From NCBI GenBank assembly GCA_965261395.1, contig OZ253462.1:352001-416000 (forward strand): a DNA stretch of 64,000 nucleotides. The letters run 5' to 3'. Under the pieces are notes generated by a model that was not told the origin of the DNA, did not search any database, and saw only the letters and a program-made list of their open reading frames with translations. This DNA comes from Candidatus Latescibacterota bacterium. GTDB lineage: Bacteria > Latescibacterota > UBA2968 > UBA8231. The position numbers and the translations under genes are program-made. Shown one piece after another: positions 8,352-16,973 of this stretch. Every line of letters begins with the position of its first letter. Position 1 is the stretch's first letter.

Positions 8352-9646
8352 CTAAGACGCGCGCTCGACCTGCACCGCAATGATGTCTAGGTCGTGGTAT
8401 TTCTGGTGCCGCACCGCAGCGGCGTAGTGCCGCAACAGACGAAACGAAATCTCGCGTTCGTCTATTATCTCGGGCTGTTCGCTCAGAAACGCCAGCCGGT
8501 CTTCGAAATTTTCCCCCGCCGCAGCCGCCAAAAACTCCAGCTCCACCGCCCCTTCGGCGGGCCATGCGGTGAGGATCAAGTGCCGTCCGTTATGGGCTGC
8601 ATTGTCCTCAGCTTGTTGTATCAGGGTCGCTAGGGTCTCTTCCCCTGCGGCGCACAGTCGCTCGGTCGCCGGATCGTCCCAGCCGACTCTCGCGGCAAAG
8701 GCGCGGAGGAATTCGTCGATTTTGGGCAGCGAGGCTACGTTTAACTCGACTTCTAGACGTCGGCGGCGCGGAGCCGTCAGCTCCATGAATGCGGTCAACA
8801 CAATCGCCGTAAGACAACCAGCGGTCATGCCGTTGCCGAGCAAGGTGCCCCACGTCCCGCCCAGCAAGTCGGCGAAGATCACCTGATAACGACCACAAAC
8901 GCCGGTAGCAGCGCCCAGAACTCTGCACTGAACGTCAGGTCCAATCCCGGCCACGCGCCATCGGGAAAACCGATCCAAGGCGCTTCGATCACGGGCTGAA
9001 TGTCGTACAGTCCGAAGGGGGCAGCCACCGCGCAGCCTACCACGATGCCGATGAGTGGTGCCCATAGTCGCCAAGTCACGGGGGCGCGCAGTGCCAACAC
9101 CACAAGGACAACGAGCGTCGCCCCAGCCGCAGTCGGAGCAGCGGCCGGCGACGTGCCCTCGGGTACATCCGCCAGCAAGCCGAAAACGATCGGCATGACC
9201 GTGACGGCGATCAGCATGATCACCGTGCCGGAGACGACCGGCGTGATAATCCGGCGCAGCAGTGAAAGCCGCGCGGCCAAAGCAAACTGAAACAGCGACG
9301 AGACGACGATCAAGCTCGCCATCAGGGGCGGTCCGCCCTTCACCAGGGCCGTGATGCAGACCGCGATGAAGGCACCAGAGGTGCCCATGATGAGCACGTG
9401 CCCGGCCCCGATCCGTCCGACCCGAACCGCTTGCAAGACCGTGCTCACTCCACTGATCAGCAGCGCCGCGAAGGCGATCCAAGTCAGGTAGCTCTCCGGC
9501 TGGTTGGCCGCCCGGCCAATAATGACCGCGCTGAGCACCACCGGCGCGATGATGACCACCGCGGCCTGAAAGCCAACCCCAACGGCAACGGAGTGGGGGG
9601 GCCGCTCGTCCGGCTCATAGCGGATGTTTTCATTTGCTTGCGCCAT
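8352..9646 (-). pseudogene. NCS2 (xanthine/uracil permease) family transporter with C-terminal soluble domain; internal deletion plus frameshift near 8890
   Basis: The N-half (YEPDERPP..LQAVRVGRIGAGH..ITPVVSGTVI..FWALLPAFVVV) stops at 8879. The last TM (QVIFADLLGG..LLGNGMTAG) resumes in another frame, and the intervening TMs with the NAT signature are absent. Confidence 0.8.
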
Positions 9647-9775
9647 TGTCAAATTCACTCTTTCAATCAGGTTGCACTGCAAAGCCTGCGAGGCTCTATA
9701 TCAGTGGGAAGAAAGTGCGACGGATCTGACCGATGCACCATGTCCTATACAACTCGCGTCAAAGCCTCGGCACCT

Positions 9776-10164
9776 TCAAAGACGCCATACCACCAGCAAC
9801 TGGGCCGTACTCTCGTCTTCGTCCGTTCCGAGCTTGTTGAGCCAGTACTATCCCTAATCGGGCCGACGCGCAATTCCTTGTTGGCCAGCTTGCCGAAACT
9901 CAGGGTTGGATACCATTCGCCATAGAAATCTCGGTCGTTGAAACCGTCGCGGGCGTCGTCATTGAGGTAGTCGATAAAAAAGAAGCTGTCCCCCAATTTC
10001 CACCCCGCAGCTTGTTGCACGGTAAATACAAAGGTCTGTTGTGCCGCTGCCGAGAATGGATTCTTGTGTTTGCCGTACTGCAGGTGAAACTCGGTTTGAG
10101 AAAACGCTGCGGCCTGGGTGGCCAGCAGTGCGACCAAGAAAATACCGGCGTATGCTGTTTTCAT
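9776..10164 (-). pseudogene. Tsx/OmpK-like nucleoside-specific outer-membrane channel; internal deletion plus frameshift near 9850
   Basis: Signal peptide plus TVQQAAGWKLGDSFFFID..FYGEWYPTLS..GPIRD, then the C-terminus YWLNKLGTDEDESTAQLLVVWRL* in a different frame. The central strands are missing. Confidence 0.7.
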
Positions 10165-10190
10165 TGCTATCCTCACTTCTTCGACCTGCT

Positions 10191-12173
10191 CTACTGGGAA
10201 TCTGCAAGTCGGGCTAATGCCTCTTGGGCGGCTTGGGTCAGGCGGGGATCGCCCCGCCATTGCGCGAGGAAATGCTGGTACGCGCGGATGGCTTGGCGGG
10301 GTTGCGCCGCCTCTTGGTAGAGAACGCCAAGTGCATAATGCGCTCTGGCATAGGTAGAATCCGCACGCAGGGCGGCTTGGTACTGGCGCACGGCCTTATC
10401 ACGGATCTCCTGTTGGGCGTAGAGGCGGCCCAGATTGTAGTGAGCTTCAGCAAAGTCGGGCGCTACCTCAAGTGCCTGTTGGTAGGCTGTCGCCGCCTGT
10501 TGGAGATCGTTTTTTTCTAGATGGATATTGCCCAGATTGTTATAGGCTTGCGCGTGGGCAGGCTCTAGTGCCAACGTGCGCTCTAAGGCGGCCTCGGCCT
10601 CCTCGATACGGCCCTGTGCGTGGTAGAGATGACCGAGCGTAAAGTAAATTTTATAGAGGGCAGAGTCCGGGGGGCTATGCGCTAGGGCCTCTTGGCATAC
10701 CCGCAGTGCGCTAGCGAGCTTGTCGCGCTGGGCGTAGAGGCCGCTTAGCTGGAGGCGCGCCTCCAAATGGGTGGGCGCAGAGGAGAGCAGCAACCGGTAC
10801 TGGGCTTCGGCCTTTCCCCACTGCCGGAGCATGAGGTAAGCGCGAGCCAGACGCAAGCGAGCTTCGACGTTGGCAGGAGCAGAGTCGAGGGCTTGCTGTA
10901 GCTGGTTGATGTGGTTGTGGAGGCGTCCGAGGCGTTCAAAGCGACTTTGTAGGCGCTCGGCCTCGGTCGCTTGGCCAAGAGCGAGGAGGACATTGGCCAA
11001 GTTGTAGAGGGCTTCCGGGTGCCAGGGATTGATTGCGAGAACTTGGCGCAGCATCTTGGCCGCTTCCTCGGGGCGATCCAAATCGCTATAGAGCAGACCC
11101 AACTGACGCCAAGATTCGCTGTGCTGCGGGTCCATTGCCACGGCTTCTTTTAAGAGGGCTTCGGCCTTTTGGTACTGGGTTTGGCGGATGTAGAGGGCAC
11201 CCAGTTCGCTGCGAGCTTCCATCAGGTTGGGATCGGTCTCAATGGCTTGCAGCAGGGCTTTTTCGGCCTTGTCGTAAAAGCCCTGGTTGACATACAGCCG
11301 CGACAAGAGCTGCAAGGCTGCCGTCTGAGTCGAATCTAGTGCGACGGCTTTTTCGGCCAAGGCTACTGCTTCGGGGATGCGCTGCTGAGTAGCGTAGATA
11401 GCCCCCAACTTATAGCGCGCTTCGGCGTTTTCCTTGTCCAACGCCATGGCGCTTGTGTACTCGCGGACCGCCTCGTCCAATTTTCCAACGCGGGTATAGA
11501 CATCTCCCAAGCGGATGTGGAGGTCGGTACTGGGCGCGATGCGGAGGGCCTCGCCGTACGCGGCTATCGCGGCTTCAACGCGCAAATCTTCGGCGTAAAG
11601 GTGGCCCAAGGCCGCGTGAACTTCCCGGGAAAATGGGTCGAGGTCAACGGCCCGCAACAGGGCCGCCACCGCTTGGTCGAGTTCCCGCAGATCGCGCAGG
11701 GCGCGGGCGAGATTGATGTAGAACGCGATGTGCTCTGGGGCTTGGCGCACGGCCGCTTGATACGCGGCCGCAGCTTTTTCCAATGCTCCATTCTGGTAGT
11801 GGATATTGCCCAAATTATTGCTCGCCGCAGCCAAGGTGGAGTCGAGGTCAAGGGCTTTTTGAAAGTGGGCCGCGGCCTCGTCCAGGGCACCGCGCCGCTG
11901 AGCCAAAAGCCCTAAGCCATCGTGAGCAAGAGCATAGTTTGGATCGAGATCGAGGGCTTTGGCGTAGTTGCGCTGGGCTTCGTCGTAGCGGCCGGCTTGC
12001 GTATAGGCCACGGCCAAGTTGTAGTAGGCGGGGGGCGCGGTGGGATTTTGGCGGGTGAGGCGGAGGTGCTTTTCTAAGGCGTCGCCATCGGGGTCTTGGG
12101 AGCAAGCCGCGCCCAGAATTAGAAGAGCAAATAGGCCGTACCGCGGTCGAGGTACGGGGGAGTTGGTGATCAT
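10191..12173 (-). CDS. Multi-TPR repeat protein, probable lipoprotein
   Basis: LGAAC lipobox; many AYYNLA/NNLGNI/ALxLDP TPR motifs; AAGGAG RBS before ATG 12173. Confidence 0.9.
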   Translation of the reverse strand: MITNSPVPRPRYGLFALLILGAACSQDPDGDALEKHLRLTRQNPTAPPAYYNLAVAYTQAGRYDEAQRNYAKALDLDPNYALAHDGLGLLAQRRGALDEAAAHFQKALDLDSTLAAASNNLGNIHYQNGALEKAAAAYQAAVRQAPEHIAFYINLARALRDLRELDQAVAALLRAVDLDPFSREVHAALGHLYAEDLRVEAAIAAYGEALRIAPSTDLHIRLGDVYTRVGKLDEAVREYTSAMALDKENAEARYKLGAIYATQQRIPEAVALAEKAVALDSTQTAALQLLSRLYVNQGFYDKAEKALLQAIETDPNLMEARSELGALYIRQTQYQKAEALLKEAVAMDPQHSESWRQLGLLYSDLDRPEEAAKMLRQVLAINPWHPEALYNLANVLLALGQATEAERLQSRFERLGRLHNHINQLQQALDSAPANVEARLRLARAYLMLRQWGKAEAQYRLLLSSAPTHLEARLQLSGLYAQRDKLASALRVCQEALAHSPPDSALYKIYFTLGHLYHAQGRIEEAEAALERTLALEPAHAQAYNNLGNIHLEKNDLQQAATAYQQALEVAPDFAEAHYNLGRLYAQQEIRDKAVRQYQAALRADSTYARAHYALGVLYQEAAQPRQAIRAYQHFLAQWRGDPRLTQAAQEALARLADSQ

Positions 12174-12189
12174 CTGCAACTCCTTGGCA

Positions 12190-14757
12190 TCAGGGTTTGG
12201 ATTGAACTATGTGCAGGATCTGATCGGCCGCCACTTCTTCCATTTTTTGCAACGTGCCGTCGGGCCAGCGGATTTCGACTGTGGCCCGGGTGGCCTCTCC
12301 TAGGCCAAAGTGGAGACGGGGATCGCTGCTCGAAAGATAGCTACCGCCCGCCTGGCGCTCCTTGACTTGGCGCTGCCCACCGGCCGTCACGGCGACGCGG
12401 GCGTGCTGCGAGGTGCCCCCTAACTGAATCGTCAGCCAGTGCTGCCGGTTGCCCCCGTCGTTGCGCAGGAGGTTGGGGGGGGCGGCAACATTGGTCACTA
12501 GCAGGTCTAAGTCGCCATCGTTGTCGTAGTCGGCCGTGGCCGAACCGCGGCTTACCGCCGCTGCCGCAAGCGCGGGACCGAGCCTAGTAGAAACATCGAC
12601 AAAGCGGGTCCCCCGCTGGTTGCAAAGCACCTGATTGGGCTGCGGGTAGGCATGGTCGGGATGCACTTGGGTGATTTTGTCCATGACGTGGCCATTAGCG
12701 ACAAAGAGGTCCAAGTCGCCATCGTTGTCGTAGTCGAGGAAATTGGTGCCAAAGCCCAGCGGCTTGTAGCTGCACTCGGCCAAGCCGGCGCGCAGGGTGA
12801 TGTCGTAGAATTGCCCTTGCCCATCGTTGCCGTACAAGGTATTGGTCTCTTGGGCGAAGTTGGTCACAAAAATATCTTGGAACCCGTCGTTGTCCCAATC
12901 CCCGAACTCCACCCCCATGCCGGCTTCGGCCAAGCCGTCCTCGTTGTAGCGCCCTCCGGCGTAGAGGCCGACCTCGGCAAAGCGGTTTCCTTGGTTTTGG
13001 TAAAGGAAGTTCATAGTGCCGTCGTTAGCCACGTAAATGTCGGTGTCGCCGTCGAGATCGTAATCCGCGAAGGCCACGCCTAAGCCGCGCCCCTTGTGGA
13101 TGATTCCCACCTCCGACGCCACATCGCGGAATTGGCCGTCTTCGTTGCGGTAGAGTACATCGCCTACCGGCTCGTAGAACTTCGGCTCGCAATAGGAGCG
13201 GATGCCGCCCTCGGCACAGACGATGTTTTTCTGCGGGTCAAAGTCCACGTAATTGGTCGCGTAGAGATCCAAATCGCCATCGAGGTCGTAGTCCAAGAAG
13301 CCGCAACTAGTGCCCCACCGGGCATCGGCTCCGCCCACGGCTGCGCTCGCGTCGGCAAAGCGTCCAGCGCCCTCGTTGCGCAACAGGAGGTTGGGGCCAA
13401 CGTTGGTCACGTAGAGATCCACGTCCCCATCGGCGTCGTAGTCGGCCGCGGCACAGCCCATGCCGTAGCCGGTGTGTCCGGCCCCCGAGGCAGCGGTCAC
13501 ATCGGCGAAGCCGCCAGCACCGGTGTTGTGGTACAGGCGATTGGCAGGGATTGGATCGGGGCGCTCGCCGCTTAGGGGGGCACCGTTGACCAGATAGAGA
13601 TCGAGCCAGCCATCGCCATCAACGTCGAGGAAGGCCGCCCCGGCACCAAAGGTTTCGACGTAGTAGTATTCGCCCGAAAAGCCGTTGTAGTGCGCAAAAT
13701 CGAGACCGGCCGCTTGGGTTACATCAACCAGTTGAATGAGGTTGCAGCTATAGTCGGCGTTGTCTGGCGGTGGAACTGGGCGGGCGGCGGCCTTGAGTCT
13801 TAGGTCTATGGAAGGAGCGGTCATATCTGCTAAGTCGGGGGCGACACTAAAATGGACACCGGGGTGGAACGGCTGGGCAAAGGTCGCGCCAGCAAAGGTG
13901 GCCTCCTGTTTGAAGCGGCTGTCAACAAAGAACGCCGAGTCGTGAAAGTGGGCACCGACAAAGCGGGCCGGGCCGACAAAGACGATTCGGCGGAAGGAGG
14001 TCGTAGCGAAAAAATTGGCTCGCGCGAAATGGGCTGTGCCGCGGAAGTAGGCCGCAGTGAACGTGGCGGCTCCCGCAAAACGGCTTTGCTCAAACAGGGC
14101 GTCCTCGCCAAAGCGAACGCCGGCAAATGAAACGGGCGATTGCCACACTGCCTCTTTGAAGGAGGCCAGATCTGCAAAGGAAGCATCCTGAAAATGGGAG
14201 GAGCGGGCGAACACCGCCTGGTCGAAATAGGTCGCGTCCTCAAATTGAGTGCGCTCAAAGGTGGTTTCTCCGCTAAAGTTGCTCTGCTGAAAAAAGGCCG
14301 CAGCGGAAAATTGGGTCGCCGAGAAATCTACTTTGTCGGCAAGCAAAGTCCTTTTGAAATTAGCCTTGCCCACGATGCGGCAGTCGCGGCAGGAAAATCC
14401 ACTTTCGCAGCGGGTTTCGAGCAGGGAGATACCCTGTTGGAAGTGGGCGCGAACAAAGTGCATCGATTGCAGAAAAACGGCGCGTTCTAAGACTACGGGG
14501 CTGGTAAAGCGCACGTCCTCAAAAGCGAGCGCCGTGCGCAGGGTGTCGCCGGTCAACTCAAGCGGCCCCTGCACCACAATGCGGTTGTATTCGAGTACGG
14601 TGTCGGCAGCGGCTCGCTGGATTGTTGCGACGAGGTCGCGGGCGAGGATGAGCTGGTAGGCTTTGCCTTCTATGGTCACTTCGTATTGAGCCATCGAGGG
14701 CAGGGGAACCATCAGGAATAGCAAGAGAAGACGATGGACAGATGAGTAGAAGACCAT
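12190..14757 (-). CDS. Pentapeptide-repeat domain fused to a CRTAC1 (FG-GAP/ASPIC-UnbV) domain
   Basis: Signal peptide; (A/T)xF...AxF repeats from about 14550 to 13870; then DVTQAAGLDFAH..GAAFLDVDGDG.. and YLSSSDPRLHFGLG..IRWPDG. Confidence 0.8.
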   Translation of the reverse strand: MVFYSSVHRLLLLFLMVPLPSMAQYEVTIEGKAYQLILARDLVATIQRAAADTVLEYNRIVVQGPLELTGDTLRTALAFEDVRFTSPVVLERAVFLQSMHFVRAHFQQGISLLETRCESGFSCRDCRIVGKANFKRTLLADKVDFSATQFSAAAFFQQSNFSGETTFERTQFEDATYFDQAVFARSSHFQDASFADLASFKEAVWQSPVSFAGVRFGEDALFEQSRFAGAATFTAAYFRGTAHFARANFFATTSFRRIVFVGPARFVGAHFHDSAFFVDSRFKQEATFAGATFAQPFHPGVHFSVAPDLADMTAPSIDLRLKAAARPVPPPDNADYSCNLIQLVDVTQAAGLDFAHYNGFSGEYYYVETFGAGAAFLDVDGDGWLDLYLVNGAPLSGERPDPIPANRLYHNTGAGGFADVTAASGAGHTGYGMGCAAADYDADGDVDLYVTNVGPNLLLRNEGAGRFADASAAVGGADARWGTSCGFLDYDLDGDLDLYATNYVDFDPQKNIVCAEGGIRSYCEPKFYEPVGDVLYRNEDGQFRDVASEVGIIHKGRGLGVAFADYDLDGDTDIYVANDGTMNFLYQNQGNRFAEVGLYAGGRYNEDGLAEAGMGVEFGDWDNDGFQDIFVTNFAQETNTLYGNDGQGQFYDITLRAGLAECSYKPLGFGTNFLDYDNDGDLDLFVANGHVMDKITQVHPDHAYPQPNQVLCNQRGTRFVDVSTRLGPALAAAAVSRGSATADYDNDGDLDLLVTNVAAPPNLLRNDGGNRQHWLTIQLGGTSQHARVAVTAGGQRQVKERQAGGSYLSSSDPRLHFGLGEATRATVEIRWPDGTLQKMEEVAADQILHIVQSKP

Positions 14758-14930
14758 AGTTTGCGAAAGCTCAGGACTTTGGCTTTTTGAGGGAGTCCAT
14801 AATATCCAACACAAGCGCGGGGCGGCAAGACGCATTCGCTTGACATAAGGGGTCCATGCTACTTGTTTAACGCCCATCTTAACACAAAATCACTCTCGTA
14901 AACGCCAAAACACGTCGAAAAGTATAGACC

Positions 14931-16886
14931 ATGCTGAACTGTCAGGCAGCTTTTCTCACTGCGCTGTGTATTCTTGCGTTCACGCCCCTAAAAATCGCCC
15001 ACGCTGAATCCAACGCCCCAGGGCCTGCAAAAATTCTCAAACCCTTTCCCGAGCCGGCCGCAATCGTCGAACCACCGTGGATGGCACGCCGCCAGCAAAC
15101 CCAATTGGAGGCGGCCCAAGCCTACGAGGTCTTTTGCGATTTCTCCTTTACCGACCAGCTTGAAGCCAGTGGCATTGCGTTTCGCAATAGGGTGGTGGAT
15201 GATTCGGGCAAGCACCACATCCCGGTCCACTACGACCATGGCAATGGGCTGGCGGTGGGGGATGTGGATGGCGATGGCCTCTACGACCTCTACTTTACGA
15301 CCCAAGTGGGAGGCAATCAGCTCTGGCGCAATCTCGGCGGAGCGCGCTTTGAGAATCACACCACTCCGAGTCTGGAATTGGCCGATAGGATCGGGGTAAG
15401 CGCGTCGTTTGGCGACATTGATAACGACGGCGATGTCGATCTGTATGCCACGGCGGTGCGGTTGGGCAACCGGCTCTTGGTCAACGACGGAACCGGCCGC
15501 TTCGAGGATATAACGGCGCATTCGGGCACGGGCTGGCAGGCGCACTCGTCGTCCGGTGAGTTCTTCGACTACGATAACGATGGGTTGCTGGATCTGTTTG
15601 TGACCAATGTGGGGGTCTATACCAAGGATGAAAAAAGGACCGCGGCGGTCGATCCGACGCAACTGGAGGAAGGGGCGACCTATCAGTACTACCGGGGTTT
15701 CAAGGATGCCTTCTCTGGGCATTTGAAGCCCGAGCGTGCCGAGCAGAGCGCGCTGTTCAAGAATCTCGGGCAGCGGGCTTTCGCCGAGGTCTCACACGAG
15801 GTGGGGTTGTTGGATTCGAGCTGGTCAGGAGACGCTAGTCCGGTAGATTTCAACGGCGATGGCTGGCAGGACCTCTACGTGCTCAATATGCAGGGGCACG
15901 ACGAATACTACGAGAATGTGGCAGGGCACTTCGTCAAAAAGAGCCGCGAGGTGTTCCCCAAAACGCCGTGGGGGTCGATGGGGATCAAGGCCCTCGACTA
16001 CGACAACGACAGCCGGATGGATCTCTTCATCTCCGATATGCACTCCGATATGGGTCAGGCGGTGGGTCCTTGGGACGAAAAAATCAAGGCGGATATCCAG
16101 TATCCAGAAGATTTTTTACAGAGCGAGGGATTGAGCATCTTCGGCAATGCCTTTTACCACCAAGTAGGCGAGGGGCAGTTCGAGGAAGTCTCCGACCTGA
16201 TCGGTGCTGAAAACTACTGGCCGTGGGGACTGAGCAGCGGCGATCTCAACGCCGATGGCTGGCAGGATGTGTTCTTGGCTTCAAGCATGAATTATCCCTT
16301 TCGCTATGGGGTCAACACCGTCTTGCTCAACGACCAAGGACGCGGCTTCCTCGACAGCGAGTTCGTCTTGGGAGTGGAGCCACGACGCGACGATCGGACC
16401 GCGCAGCCGTGGTTCGCCCTCGACTGCGACGAGGCGGATAGAGAGCACAAAAACTGCGAGGGCCAAGAGGGGGGACTGCTGGTGTACGGTGCCTTGGGGA
16501 CGCGCTCGTCGGCGCTGTTCGACGTGGAGGGCGATGGCGATCTCGACATTGTGACCAATGAGTTCAATGGGGTGCCGCTGGTCTTGCTCAGCGACCTGAG
16601 TCAGCGTCGGGCGGGGTTGCGCTACGTGGAAGTGGTACTGGTGGGGAAGGCGTCGAATCGGGATGGGTTGGGCGCAGTGGTCGCCGTGGAAGCCGGCGAT
16701 CAGGTATATACCCAAGTGCAGGATGGGCAGTCGGGGTATCTGTCGCAGAGTGTTTTTGGACTCTACTTTGGCTTGGGGGCGGCGGCGGCGGTGGATCGCC
16801 TAACGGTGCGCTGGCCTTCGGGTCAGACGCAGACTTTGGACGGCCCCATCCAGACCAACCAGCGACTCACGCTAGCAGAACCTTAG
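14931..16886 (+). CDS. CRTAC1-family FG-GAP/ASPIC-UnbV secreted protein
   Basis: Signal peptide (IAHA), DVDGDG/DYDNDG repeats, SNRDGLGA..SGYLSQS..YFGLG..VRWPSG. Confidence 0.9.
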   Translation: MLNCQAAFLTALCILAFTPLKIAHAESNAPGPAKILKPFPEPAAIVEPPWMARRQQTQLEAAQAYEVFCDFSFTDQLEASGIAFRNRVVDDSGKHHIPVHYDHGNGLAVGDVDGDGLYDLYFTTQVGGNQLWRNLGGARFENHTTPSLELADRIGVSASFGDIDNDGDVDLYATAVRLGNRLLVNDGTGRFEDITAHSGTGWQAHSSSGEFFDYDNDGLLDLFVTNVGVYTKDEKRTAAVDPTQLEEGATYQYYRGFKDAFSGHLKPERAEQSALFKNLGQRAFAEVSHEVGLLDSSWSGDASPVDFNGDGWQDLYVLNMQGHDEYYENVAGHFVKKSREVFPKTPWGSMGIKALDYDNDSRMDLFISDMHSDMGQAVGPWDEKIKADIQYPEDFLQSEGLSIFGNAFYHQVGEGQFEEVSDLIGAENYWPWGLSSGDLNADGWQDVFLASSMNYPFRYGVNTVLLNDQGRGFLDSEFVLGVEPRRDDRTAQPWFALDCDEADREHKNCEGQEGGLLVYGALGTRSSALFDVEGDGDLDIVTNEFNGVPLVLLSDLSQRRAGLRYVEVVLVGKASNRDGLGAVVAVEAGDQVYTQVQDGQSGYLSQSVFGLYFGLGAAAAVDRLTVRWPSGQTQTLDGPIQTNQRLTLAEP

Positions 16887-16892
16887 ACTAGC

Positions 16893-16935
16893 GGCTAGGG
16901 CGGAGAGGTTAGGGCATCCCTCCCCTAGCCCCTTT
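16893..16935 (+). terminator. Possible intrinsic terminator/hairpin after the CRTAC1 gene
   Basis: GGCTAGGG...CCCTAGCC inverted repeat followed by CCTTT; long loop and weak U-tract. Confidence 0.35.
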
Positions 16936-16973
16936 ACGCACGATTACAGTCTCTCAAAAACAGAGCACTCAGT

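Noticed and set aside
8891-9482. N-terminal part of ORF 8352-9482 as a real protein
   Set aside because: It is an Arg-rich off-frame reading of the permease N-half; only the part after the deletion junction is coding.
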